Shown here: piece after piece, positions 35,622-49,171 of the stretch
How the letters are laid out: each line of letters starts with the position of its first letter
Numbering within the stretch: the first letter of the stretch is position 1
Assembly: GCA_977020255.1 (NCBI GenBank)
Contig: CDROCS010002096.1
Location: forward strand, 1-64,000
Origin: Obrimoposthia wandeli
Taxonomy: Eukaryota
Direction of reading: 5' to 3'
Length of the DNA: 64,000 bases
Translations under genes and position numbers: made by a program
Notes under the pieces: model-generated
The model's input: the letters and a program-made list of their open reading frames with translations, nothing else
What the model was told of the DNA's origin: nothing
The model's database searches: none

Positions 35622-36189
35622 GGTCATGAACTTTTCCTTTCTGATCATTGCGAACATTTTCAGTTCCCCCTCCCAACGTTTGATAAATGCTCGATAATAG
35701 GAACGTGTGTCTGAACATTATCCGGCTGAATTATCGCACTTGGAATTTGTGTGAAAGAAATAAGTAAAATGGACTCGAAAGGCAATTAATAATAAACTAT
35801 CGAATTTAATAGTATCTACGTTCTATATATTTTCCATCATATTTTACTTCTTTCATTTACACTTTCACATGCATTAAGTATCCAAAATATTTTGGATACA
35901 TAAAATGCATTTTTCTTTTTAATATGTTTATTAAACTTTATTGGTTTTCAAGAATATTTTAAGTTATTGGGTTGATCATTTTTTCATGTTATTGTACATC
36001 AAGAATATGTGTCTACGATTTTCAATTCTCCATTAATTTGTTTGTTTTTTAAAACTGTTGCCATCTGCTGAATTATTAACTCTTGGAAATATTACTTGTG
36101 AATTTTTAATTATTCCTATTCATTGGGGTAGAGGACGAAAAATTATAGCTTATTGAAGTTCACAATCTACAAATTTAGAATTACAAAAT

Positions 36190-37520
36190 TTTGCGTCTAG
36201 TTCTGTCTATGATACATAATCAAGATTCAATTTGTATGGCTAGAACTATAATAATAACACTAACTTATGATAATGACTCTAATGCAAATTATTTTAACTT
36301 TGGCAAAAATAATAAGAAAACTAATCATTTATATAAATATAATGATAATAGAATAAGATATATTAGAAGAGGAGACCCAATTCAACAAGAATGGGCTTGT
36401 CACTTACACAATAAAGCCAATGTAGAAATTAAAGAAGGCAATAATATGGATGATTTAAAAATATTTGAAAACCTTTTAAAGGTAAGAATTATAATTTATT
36501 CTCAAAATAACATTGATTATATTTTATATAGGGGGCAATGAAAATTATACCAAACAAACATTTCCTTATTGTGAAAACAATCACTTTAATGTCATTTCAA
36601 AAATTCATATATTTTTAAAAGAAAATAGTGTCATAAATTTTTAACATTTATGTTAAGATGGAACTTTTCAATCAAGACTCCAATTGCAAAAATGTGAAGA
36701 CTGTGGAAAAGAATATTCACCCCAATATGTTCATGAATGTAATAAAAAACATGTATAATTTGTTATGAAAAATATGAAGGCTCTTTTAATCAACATAAAT
36801 GTTATTTAAAAAATAATAAAGGAAATTTTAAAATAGATGATCATTTTGTTTTCTTTGACTTTGAAGCCACTCAAGAAACAGGCTATCATGAAATGACTTA
36901 TGCAATTACCTATGACACAAAAAGACACTTTTTGAAATACGAAAACATACTGTTAAAGTAATTAAAATATATTATGAAAATATTAATGAAGTAGAAATAA
37001 GACTTCAATATTTAAATAATGAATTTGACAATCAAATAAAATATCAAAACAAATTATCACCTTACAAAAGAAAATAACAAAAGAAAAATATGAACATCAA
37101 GGACAATTAAGAGCCGTTGAAGATCAAATAATTGAACTTCAACAAGTTGTCAATTCATTTACTTTAACACCCATTGAAAATAAAGAATATGAAAAATTAT
37201 CCCATATTAATTATAGTGTTAAAAAATTAAGTATAAAAGATTTTAATATCAATAATATGGATACCAAAATTCTTTTTGTAGCGGAAATTCTTTTTGACGA
37301 GTCACCTTCATTAATCAATAGATTCTGTAGATTTTACATATCTAATTATTTTTCACATTATACAATTTTAGCCCATTACGCAAAAGGTTATGATAATCAA
37401 CCTATATAAAACAAAAATAAAGCATTGATCAAATATCATCAGGATCATAAATAACAAGTATTACAGTAAAATATTTTAAAATTACATTTATAGATTCAAT
37501 AAACTTTACAGGCTGCTCTT
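36190..37520 (+). pseudogene. pPolB fragment from a different (group-2-type) Polinton clade
   Basis: DSICMAR, DDLKIFENLL, FVFFDFEATQETGYH, ILAHYAKGYDNQPI, FIDSINFTGCSLKAFPKSFGF. These motifs differ from the E1/E2 YADFES/FHNL type. Confidence 0.75.
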
Positions 37521-37685
37521 TGAAAGCTTTTCCAAAATCTTTTGGATTTGATGGCAATCAAGGAAATTTGTTGGGAATATATTGTGGACTGAATCGGGCT
37601 CGGGAAAATCATATCAATGTTTGTGTTTGTACTAATTAAAATTTATTTAATTAAAATAATCATGGAATTAATTTTTTGCACTAGA

Positions 37686-38035
37686 ACGTCTCGTTTCGTC
37701 TATGATCAATTCACAGGAAAATCTAAAGCATATGTTTCTCAATCAAAATACGATCTGCGCAATAATTTTTACCATTTTATGAGAAATTGAAAAATTGACA
37801 TTTTTGAGAATTTACCACATTTTGTAAAATTGAGAAATTTAAGATTTTTTAGATTTTTTTAATTTTTCACGCTGTGTCTGAAATATTACTAATTAATCTT
37901 GAATTAAATTAATCATTGATGTGTCTCGTTTCGTCTACGATCAATTCACAAGAAAATCAAAATCATATGTTTATCAATCAAAATACGATCTGTACAATGT
38001 GTAGAACTTGATACCTTACTCAATTGGCGGTTCTA
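37686..38035 (+). repeat. Two decayed copies of part of the 35190-35310 exon
   Basis: CGTCTA(T/C)GATCAATTCAC..GAAAATC...AATACGATCTG...TGTGTAGAACTTGATA..TACTCAATTGG matches 35194-35302. Confidence 0.7.
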
Positions 38036-39897
38036 GTTAGAGTTTGAACAAAAACAAACTCTTTTAAAAGTAATTATTATTATTTGCTAAATAAATAAAT
38101 GTAACTAAAATGAATTTGAACTTCAAATTATTAGAAATAATTAATATTATTAACTAAAATTTGATTAAAATATATAAAATTAGAAAAGCTTATTTATTAG
38201 TTTAACCTGCATGCATAATTGTAGAAAAATACTTTTAAAACTGGTTTAGCAATTTTGACTGCTTCAGACCATTTAACATAATTTATTTAATTGTGTAGTG
38301 AAACCTTTTCTCAGTTAGAAGTTATGAACGATATTATAAACATTATTCTTTATTTAAGATTGATTATTTTATATTCAGAGGTGCCCAGTTGGGAATATTC
38401 CCTTGTTAAACTAGAAATGAAGCTTGTTACGTTTGATTAGATTACAACTGTTTTGAACATTGTTTTTCAAGTAGCAAAATAATAAAAAAGTGAAATAAAT
38501 TTATTCATCACAATATTTAATGCTTTTTATATGCATTCATTTTATTTTAAAATATGTAACTCATAATATCACGTAAATTAAACACTTTTGGTATGTGAAA
38601 TTCATTATTATTAAACTATCAGATGTCTCAGGTATCTCAAATACGTCTCAAGAATCAAAATCTTAAAATATTCATTCTTTTTAAATTATTTAGAGGTTAA
38701 AATAACTATAAAAATAAATTATATAATGCACATTACATAAAATTAAACAATCATAATTGTACAGTGTAAACACAAGCAAATGTCATCTTGTTGATACAGT
38801 AGTTTGAACAAATACGTTTAAAAGTATTTACAGATAACATATGACCAATTTAATATCTTAGTTTCTGTATATAATATCAGATATATCAGAAAGTGGTTAA
38901 GAGATTTGTATATCATTTAATGTCTATTTATAAGTATCTTAACTCATATTTACAGAATGCATGAATGGTAGCGTAAATGAAATAGTACTCTGATTTCCTT
39001 TCTGACAACTCCTTGGCAATCACTTATAAGATAAAAAAAATCTGTAGTCATTATTTTCAGATAAAACTATTTTTAATATAAATATGTCAGAAATCATTTT
39101 AAACTTTCTATCATTTTATCTAATTGAAGTTTTGTGACAGTTTATTTAAAATATTTTTGAATAAATTTGATATGGACTGCTTCCACTATGGGTGTACATA
39201 TTACTGAACTTAAAATTATGCGCCATATTTTTGTATATTGTAGATTTTTGTCAAAATATCATATGAATATTAAAATTAAACAATTTATAAATATATAGCT
39301 TTTTTTAGCAGTAAAAAACATTATTAAGCAATTTTATTAAAAAGCTTAGGAAAAATATTAGATTTTTCCAATGTAAATATTTTAATTTGTATATTTATAA
39401 TTCATCTTTATTCATATATTTGGATTTTTAGTTTGAAATTCTACCATTTAATCTGTTATTTTCTTAAAATACAACTATTTTAAAATCCTTTGCGTCTTTA
39501 AAAATGTTTAATACAATTTTTTGAAATGAAGTTTAAATAATAATAATAATACTAATAATTTAACTGAAAAATTTTTAATAATCAAAATAAAACAAATACG
39601 GAAAAAAATTGAAACAAAAACAAAGTATAAAATTAGCTGTAGTTCCCAAAATTATAATTAAGAAAGACTGTTAAAATTTTGTGAAAAGCAAAATAATTTA
39701 GGTCAAAATTTATTAATTTTTAGATAAATTCAAAAACAAACAAGACCAATTTGATATTTTATTTCTCATAAAACATTACGCATACATTTGTACATGCATT
39801 AAATCAATATTTACAAATGTTACGCCTGAATCTGTAACAGCAATCTGAAATAAATTAATTTTTTGTTCGATTTTCTAATCAGGAAATAGAATTTTTA

Positions 39898-40851
39898 TTA
39901 CACCTGGTCTTTCTTTAACAGCAAATCTTTTGTAGCCTGATCTATCTCAACACTTCTCGGTTTTTTATTATTTCTGATAATCAGAACAGTGGATACAATA
40001 ACAATTAAAATAATAACTAAAGAAATCGAACTGATTAATATGACTGTTAAATTAGAGGTTTGGCCAGTATAAACTTTAGGTAATTCTGTAACCTTTGAGT
40101 TCTTCAATTTTAAATTCTTTCTTTCATATTGAATTTCTGCGGAAACTTCGACAACTGATTTCTCCACGATTAGATCTGTTTCTTCATATTCAAACTCGCA
40201 CTTTTCTTCGTCATACTCTAATGGGCAATCTGACGCTGAAATGCTGTTGACAACTGCAGTTGTAGAGTTAAAACTAACGACGAATTTCGGTGATGATGTA
40301 TTGTTGCATCTTATACAGGTTGTATTATAATATAAATCGACTCTATCGTAATCCGATATTTTGTTGAAAATCAGATATTTTCCCACAAGTACATCAGGAT
40401 TATAGCCTATTCGGATCTGCTGTAAATTTGACAAATCTGCAAAAGCATCGGGAGATATTTCGTCTACTTTGAAAATAGACAAACTGGACAATTTCTTTAA
40501 TGACTTTGATACAGAGGATGGATTTAGTTCTTTTATTTTTAAATTTATCCCCAAATGATTTATTTTTTCTGTAATATTGTCTATGAAATTCCAAGTTCTC
40601 ATGTTTATTTGATCGACCATTTCGCCATTTCCAATATATAGATATATTGAGTTTTGTTTTTCATATATTGTTGCTTGGCATTTTAGCAGTACTGAATCTT
40701 CGGGTAGCTTGTCCGCTTTCGGTAAACATAGTAGGCTTCTTAATTGAGAATTCTTCGTATAGAAGCAATTCACAGGACACTCTGAAGCAAGTACTTCTCT
40801 CTCGGATAACAAAATCAGAAAAAATGCTGTTGATAGGATAAAGAAATTCAT
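39898..40851 (-). CDS. Single-exon type I membrane protein with short LRR-like ectodomain
   Basis: Signal peptide MNFFILSTAFFLILLS; LRR-like ISPDAFADLSNLQQIRIGYNP; Cys-rich flank; TM LTVILISSISLVIILIVIVSTVLII; basic cytoplasmic tail. Confidence 0.75.
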   Translation of the reverse strand: MNFFILSTAFFLILLSEREVLASECPVNCFYTKNSQLRSLLCLPKADKLPEDSVLLKCQATIYEKQNSIYLYIGNGEMVDQINMRTWNFIDNITEKINHLGINLKIKELNPSSVSKSLKKLSSLSIFKVDEISPDAFADLSNLQQIRIGYNPDVLVGKYLIFNKISDYDRVDLYYNTTCIRCNNTSSPKFVVSFNSTTAVVNSISASDCPLEYDEEKCEFEYEETDLIVEKSVVEVSAEIQYERKNLKLKNSKVTELPKVYTGQTSNLTVILISSISLVIILIVIVSTVLIIRNNKKPRSVEIDQATKDLLLKKDQV

Positions 40852-43204
40852 GATTTGGAAATATAACTTGAAAAAAGTATTTTCTTTACTTAATATACAA
40901 AATAGTAGTGAGAAAAGTATTGCGTAATAATAATGTACTTCGATTTTATGCAACAAATTCCAGCACAAAAGAATTAGCAGCTTTAATTGTTGTAATAAAT
41001 CATAATTAATTTCATTCGAAGCACAATGAACTAATTGAAGAATATGAACTATAAAATTGTACTTCATTTGTTGTAAAATTGATTTTTGTAAAGTATGTAC
41101 TATAAAACATAAACAATTGAGGTTGTTTCGAATAGTGCTAATTAGGGTTCATAATAGATGAGAATATTGACTGCTAAAATTTTAACCCAATTAAAAGTAC
41201 GAATAAATATAATGTTAATTTTCAAATTATTTTTGTAAAATAAAGATTACACAAAACTTATTTATTAAAAAAATAATAACTAAAAAGATAATTTTTGCTT
41301 TATGTGATCAGACAGTCTAAATTTATTAATTCAATAATAAGATGAATTTCTCCGAGGCAGATTTTTAAATTGTATTCTATTTCAATAAGTGAGAATTTAA
41401 GAAATATTGAATGTATAAAATTTGTACTCCCATTTAGAGGCTTTGAACAAATTTGAAAATTTTGAAAATTTATGGTTCGTGAGAAAAAAATATTCATGTA
41501 AATCTTGCTAATGTTAATTTTTATTTTCCACTTACAAAATGAAATTGAATTAATAATTTTAAAATTTAAATTACAAATACATAAAATAAAACCATATTAA
41601 ATTTTGCTTTGATATATACCTTTTTTTCAAATTGCAATGATTCAAATGAACAGATATATAGTTCTCATGAGCGACTTTACAAAATAAATTAACTTATTAA
41701 ACAAAGAAGAAAATTTTGTTGAAATTATATTAATTTTTGATTGTAAAAATGGACAGAAAGCGTAGTTGTGCAGTTGACAGATGAACTGAAATTTATATAG
41801 AAGAAATGCTACATGTGAAGAATTCAGCACAACTACGACAGCTGCAAACTTAATATTCCCACTATCTAAAAATCTGGTACTATTATTGTTGTTATTATTT
41901 TTGTTGTGTATGGCTGAAATTTGCCATAGGCATAATTTTGTGAGAAAGAAATTGTGCATAAAGTACATTTGGTGTGGAGTAAATCCCATTCATGACAAGT
42001 TTAGACACAGAGGCAGGAAATATTAAATCACTTAAAAACATTAGTTTGTGAGATACATTTTTCATCCAAGGTGTATCAATAGATTTGTGAAGGATCTCTA
42101 ATGAAGATCACATTCCTAAGGTTTGATTCAGTGTAAGTATAACTGTCACCTACCTATCTGTAGAAGCGAACCCTGCTCTGATAACAAATAGCAGCAAATA
42201 TTTTAATTTGTCAGGCTAAATTGACATCATTCTTCAAATCATTTTGAATAATTATGATGAGATCAAAGTGAATAATTCTGTGATTTCAATTACTATTAAA
42301 ACGTTTTAAAGTCTTAACAAAATATGTTTTGTTATTAATCTTTGCTGAAATTTCTTAAAGTAATTAAGCATGTTTTTCTATGAACTATTTAAATGAAATG
42401 TAAAATTATGAGTTTGCAGAAAACCAATCGAGACATCCTAGTTTGGATTAAAATGTGGATAAGATGCTATAATATGACATAAATAGCAATTAAAATCTGA
42501 TATTGCACCGTAAAACTGTTAGCAATACTAATTTCCAGGTAATTTAAATACAGAAGTTTTGGGCTTCTAGATATAATTTATGAAATTTAATTAATTCAGA
42601 TAATTTCCTTACCCAACATTACACAAGTAACCACCAACATAAGTTGAATTATTTAATAAGGGAAGGTTAATACCCTAGTTGGACTTTTATTTCAAGAAGC
42701 CTGACATAACTGATCAACAGAATTAGACAATATTGTACTTTTGTAAAGTCCTGATAAAAATAAAAATATTAAAAATACTCTCCATATCAATCAAATGTTT
42801 ATGTTTATATAGTTTTAAATGGTGTTTTACATTCTACTAAAAAAATGAATTACAACTTTGTGCAGTTGTAATATTTTAAACTGTATTTTTTAATGGGTTT
42901 TTTATTAGCCATTTAATTTTTTATATCACGATTTGTTGAATAGTGTCATAGGTGAATTTGAGGATGAAAGTGAATGATGTAAATGTAAAAAATAAGTGTT
43001 TTTGAGACCAAAATTATATTGTTTAAAATATTTTGATGGTACAAAAAATCATAAAGCTGTTAGAATTGGGAAAGTTTAAAATAATAAAATACATATAAAT
43101 ATAGGCTAGAAATAATCTTTCAGAGAATATTATAAATTTAAAAAATTTAATAAAATTAAAATAAAAATAAATGTTTTATAAAACTCAAAAACATAATAAT
43201 TTTA

Positions 43205-43444
43205 GGACCTTGAAAAGGTCATGAAAATGCGTTTCTATGTAAGGAAGTAAAATGTTTTAAATAAGGTCGTCGTGGGAAATAGTATTTGAAAGAAGTACGA
43301 AGAAATAATCTGTGAAAAACTCACAGTTATTGAAATTCTCACAAATAGCGAGCCTCACACATTGACAGATTAGCCGCAGTGGTATCCGGCTGATTATGGC
43401 TTTCTTATATAAAACGCTTTCAACACTTGACCTCTTCAAGGTCC
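43205..43444. mobile_element. 240-bp MITE with TA TSD
   Basis: TA|GGACCTTGAAAAGGTCA...TGACCTCTTCAAGGTCC|TA; imperfect IR of about 45 bp. Confidence 0.7.
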
Positions 43445-43583
43445 TAAATACTTTTTGATTTTATTATATTTAATTTTAATTTCTATTTCAATTTTATTTT
43501 ATTTTTACCTTGCATTCAAGGTTTTATTTTCATATATAAATAAATTAATTATTTTCAAAAATATTAAAATCCTAGTCCTAACA

Positions 43584-46020
43584 ATTATATGCATGTATTA
43601 TTTTAGGCAAAACTTGGTTCCACTTTTTATTTATTTCTTTTGTTAAATACATTTTATTCGATCTCTTAAAGTACTATTAAATCTTTCAACTACTGCTGCT
43701 TTGTACTGTGAAAATACTTACTAGTGATTTATATTATTTTGTTTAAGTAATTATTGAACTTGCTTTAACTAGAACTGCACGAGAAAACCTGCTAAATACA
43801 TCAATACATGTTAAAATATATATATATCCCTTATTAATGGAAGAATATGGAATCATCTCCATCAAATCCATTTGCTATAAATTATAAGGCCCACTGGTTT
43901 TGTATGCTCTAGTTAGAAACCTTCTTCTCGTCGGCTTGTTCAGACTGTAAGCTAAATGATTTGAAACAATTATTAATTTAAACGGGTTTGTTTATAGAAA
44001 AGATAACAAAATGTACCAAAATATATTTTCTAAAATCGATTCAACAGTGTATTGATAATCCAAATTTCTCAATCCCAATATCATAAGTTTTCCACTGGAA
44101 AATATATTTACATGTAGCGGTGTAAACTTCAATATCTGAGTACAAGAAAAAATTTCAGGTTTAAACATGCATTCTTCTTTCATTTTCTTTGCAATTTTAT
44201 AAAGATTTATTGGTTTCCCGATATTGCCTTAAACTGTGATATATTGTATGATGTTGATTTAAATTCCAAATGGTAAATTAATCTCATTCAACGAAGTTTT
44301 GCATCCCATAACACGCCAACTTCCTAAAAATTATATATGAAAATAAAATAAAAACTAACCTGAAGGAAAAATTAAAACTGTGAAATAATCAAACTTTTTC
44401 ATCTATAGTCTCAGCTTCTAATCAATGAATGGTAAGTGCGAAATATCATCTTCTATTCTTCCTTTATAATACATATTTACGAATTTCATTAGACTCAAAT
44501 ATTTTTCTGTAAATTGTTCTTTATATATGACTGAACATGCTTTTATAGTTAACATGTCTTGTAAATTTCATGCAAACCTATTATAATTGGATGATATAAT
44601 TCTTCAAATCAATTTCATTCTTTAATATGGATTTAGTCGAATCAAATTGAGGTTAATGTCTTTGTTACAAATTAATATAAAAGAATGAGCCATTGGAGGA
44701 CAAATCATAATAAATGCATTCATATCAAAGACAATTATCAATTATGAACGATAGCCAATGGATATTGAGCGATGATGAAGATTTGGAAATGTGTGAAGAT
44801 TCGGATAAGAATATGTATGAAGAAGTGAAACAATATTTCAAATCCAAAGTTAGATTCTTGAAGAAGGCTTAACTGATTGCTTTAGTAAATCCTGACAATT
44901 GAAACAAAGATGGTTTAACTATTATCTATAAAATATTCAAAAACCAGATTTTCAATATCTTAAACAGAAAGTTGAAAAGGCAGTTCCAAATTTTACATTC
45001 AATAAGAACGAATTTTATATCCGAGGAGCTGATTTTAGATGAATATAGAAGAAAAATATATGTCGATGCGTTTCCGAAAAAGAAGCAATGGACTGTAACA
45101 ATTCGGCTTTATGGTTACAAGAAAGATGAAATTAGAACAAAGCTACCTATGTGGAAAATTGAACATGCTCATGTCCCTATGTTTTAACTATTTCTTTTAC
45201 CATGTTTATTTTATTTTGCATGTAATAAATTGTAATCAGGTTTATTTATTTCATAATATTTGATTCGTATATGTATTTTTTTATAAACATTGTTTTTTTA
45301 TCAATTTATTTATTTTAGAATGGATCCTCTTCTGAGATATGTAGGAAATTTTTATTATCCTGAAAGAATTTCAAAAGGAAAACCGTGTAATATATTAAAT
45401 AGGCATCAAATTATGCGAGTTATGAATACTGTTAAAAGATCAAAATGGAAAAATAAATATCCAATTGAAATTTTAACATCTGATATTTATCAATTGAAAA
45501 ATATTTTGGGATTTTACATGACTGATTCTTCCAGCTTGAAACTGATCCCAGTCTGGCCTTTAAAGATGATCTAGGTTATGTGATTGCTTCAATTTTAGAT
45601 GAAGAACTATGGAATATTTCAATACAACTTAATGGATATTATGCTGATGACGAGAAAATACAGCCTCTTTGAACTTTGAGTGAAACTAATATGGTGTTTA
45701 TATCTGATTTGTTTAATAAATGTATTGAAATGAAATTATATAAATCTGACCTAGATATTTTAAAATACATGTAGTAATTTATTAATCTAAAATATGTTCC
45801 TTCTTAAAAATAGTAGTCATATATTCACATAAAAGTGTTATCTGAAATCTCGTCTACGATATATCGACGAGGTCAATATGGATTTCCGTGGTCTTCTCTA
45901 ATCAATTTTGATCAAAATACACATGCACTAAATTTCACTCCACACACATGCACGGTTTTAAAGGACAGTTGTACTCCCTAAGGCCGAGGGGGTGGATTAG
46001 ACCGAACATATCCACCTACT
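43584..46020. mobile_element. Deleted copy E3 of the E2 Polinton family: integrase fragment, TBP-like, two SSB-like genes, right terminus
   Basis: Clear nucleotide similarity to 25555-26025 and 27686-29460. Ends TGGATTAGACCGAACATATCCACCTACT at 46020. No left end found. Confidence 0.92.
43992..44489 (-). pseudogene. TBP-like gene of E3 with in-frame stops; same intron as E2
   Basis: ECMFKPEIF...VNIFSSGKLMILG...LSFL*; CCTTCAG|gttag...ttag|GAAG. Confidence 0.85.
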
Positions 46021-47949
46021 TGTAGCTTCGTTTAAATGGTGACTTCTTGTCACTTATTCTCAGCTCACTTAAATAGTGACTTCATGTCACTGACTCCCGT
46101 CGCTGTTATTGGGGTTATAAACTTCCTCAGTAAATGGTGACTTCCTGTCAGTTACTTTCGCCGTTAATTGCGATATTAGATTTAAATAGATGAAGAATGA
46201 CGTTATGTAATACTTATATAGTGATGATTCAATTTTTTTCTTATGCCTCTGGTGTATCATTTGGGCAGGGTAATGGCCACACATGATTGTTATCACATCA
46301 CGTTATGTATGAGATTGATTGACCGATACTCATTGGGGGAAGGGACAGTGGCATATAAGCCTCAAATATCTTTACTTCAGTCGAATAACAAATTGCAATA
46401 TTATTAATAACTATTTACAACTTTCAATATCATCCCTGATCAAGAAGCTTTATAATGAAGAATAATTGAAACATAAATTATGAATAGCTTTATCGGCTAG
46501 TTTCTACCGCTTTATAAAATATTATGTTATGTTAATATGGTTTCAAATGAGTATAAAAATTAAGCATTTTCTTTCAAACTTTTAAAAAATCACATAAATA
46601 TATTAAAGCATGTGTTATCGTATTTTAATCATGTTGAAATAACATTCATAGCACTTACAATAGAATTAGTAAAATTACAACGTATATAACATGTTAAAAG
46701 ATTATATTCCTACAAAGAATGTCTGAAAACATTCAAGAAAAGATTTTGAATTTAGATAATCAATTACAGAAATTTTAATCAAACGGCGCAGTATGAAAGA
46801 GAAAAATATTACTGGTTGGCTGCTACCTTGTCCAGGACTCGTGTTTTCCTGACAACTTTTTGATGTGAAATCAGTCATATAAAAATTAATACAAAAAAAT
46901 CAGTTATCATATGAATATTATTTTATTAAATTTTATAAAGTGGTCATCTATAAAAAATATTTAGTATACAAATGTAACTATTTTAATCAAAAATATATGT
47001 ATAATTTAAATATTTTTTAAAACAAAAATTGAGATACAAATAAGCAAATAAACAAAGTTTTATTATAAATAAAATATATAATATATTAACAAACATTATT
47101 AATTTAAAATTAAACTTTGAATGTATTTTCATATAATTTTAAATCTGTAATCTAACCTATAAAAATAAATAAAAATCCTTCAAAACTAAATAGTTTACTT
47201 TTCCTGATATTCATACGGTATCCTTCCATAACATCTTCTTCAGAAATAATGTAAAATCAAACTATTCTATTTCCGTACAGATAATATTTTTAGGCATAAC
47301 TGTACACTTTTTTTAAAAACCTAAACAATTTTGAAAATATGAATTCTAACAAAATATTAAGCAAATTTAGAAAATATATCTTATTTTAGGTAAAGTTAAG
47401 GGTAATGTCTACTTTTGAACGGAATATCTCCTTAAGGTTTCTGTTATATCAAAAGCAAATAGTTTTATTAGAATTTGCTAGTATGGGACGAGTGATTCTA
47501 AGAATTATATGTTTTAAATGTATTTATTTATAAAGATATTTGTTTATGAATATCTAAATTATCTATTTAATCATGTGGTTTTAATTTAGGCTACTTTTTA
47601 CAGTGGAAACTCGAGTCCTGACCTTGTCTACTCTTAAAATGAGTCATAATGTATTGAAATAAATCATAATATGACAATATAGATTATGTAATTTTATTGT
47701 ATATTTTCAATTACTGTATAACATTTTATTTATAATCTGAAACAAATTATAATTTAGAATAATTAATTAAATATTTTTAGGAAATATAATCAAATCGTTT
47801 CAAGTAGAAAAGGAATATTGATGTTTTATTATAATTTTGAAAGTACCGATATGTTTTACTAAAAATTAATAAAACTAAATGTTTTATTATCTCTTAAACC
47901 TTTAAAATTTGATGGTCTAAGTTAATGTTCTACTTGTGTTTTATTTTAG

Positions 47950-49171
47950 GAAAAAATATCAGAGAAGGATTACAATGAATTTAAAGTTGATGAAATGGTT
48001 AAAAACATCAAACGGTTTCTTTCGGGAAACTTATTTGAAAAGAATTCTAAAAAGATTGTTATGATTTCGTCCGGTGGCACTACAGTGCCGTTGGAAGCCA
48101 AAACTGTACGGTATTTGGATAATTTTAGGTACTCTATTTTTACTTCTATGTAAAAATTTATATATTTAGTTCAGGCACGCGTGGGGCTGTTTCGGGCGAA
48201 CACTTTCTTAAAGAATCTTATTTTGTTATATTTTTCCACAGAAAGGGATCGTTGACACCGTTTAAACGGAAGTTGGACAAGGATATTATACTGGACAGTT
48301 TAAACGTTAATGATTCCACACAGAAATTGGAAATCTCGTCGAATTATTCGAGTCTATTTCTGGATTTGATTAATGATTACAATAGTTATAGTAAGAATTT
48401 TGATATTTTTTATATTTAATGCAATAAAAGACGATGACTTCATGCTGACATGTTTTTTTTAAATTTAATTGTTCATAGCATATTTATGAATTGATAATTA
48501 TCAATATTTTTCTAAATATACACACAGGATCATTTTATGAGCATATTATAATATATTACATGTTTATCTCTCAATCACACAGAAAATCGGCTGTTGTGCA
48601 TCGATTTCATCACAATTCAGGAGTACCTTGTGAAGCTGCAGCATATTTGTCTCACTCTAGCTCCATTTGAAAGCTCTGTTTTGCTTTATCTGGCAGCTGC
48701 CGTATCTGACTTCTACATTCCCAGTGAGAATCTGTCTCAGCACAAGATTCAGTCAAGCGACGGCCCTCTTAATCTGCGTCTGCAGATGGTGCCTAAGATG
48801 CTGGGACCGCTCACCTGCAACTGGATACCCCACGCATTTATCACTTCTTTCAAAGTAAATTTTTTTGTAAAAATTAAAGACTGATATTGTCTGCTACAAC
48901 AAACTATTGCCTGATTAATCTCGTGTCTCAGTTGGAGACAGATCCAGACTTACTGCGCGGCAAATGTGCGGACTCGTTGGCCCGCTACCGTCACCACCTT
49001 GTCATCGGCAACATACTGGAGACCCGCAAACGAGAGGTGTGGTTCGCGAGTGGTGTGACGCCCAACTTTGTCATGACTCACATCACTCTGGATGACGACA
49101 GCAAGGAGATCGAGCAACTGATCATTCACAGACTTGTCGAACTTCATGAGACATTTCAACAAAAAAGCTAG
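47950..49171 (+). CDS. PPCS: Phosphopantothenate--cysteine ligase; exons 47950-48128, 48170-48390, 48583-48854, 48932-49171; first exon not located
   Basis: SSGGTTVPLE, YLDNFSSGTRGAVSGEHFL, LYLAAAVSDFYIP, VPKML, SFK|LETD, VIGNIL. All splice junctions are in frame. Confidence 0.93.
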
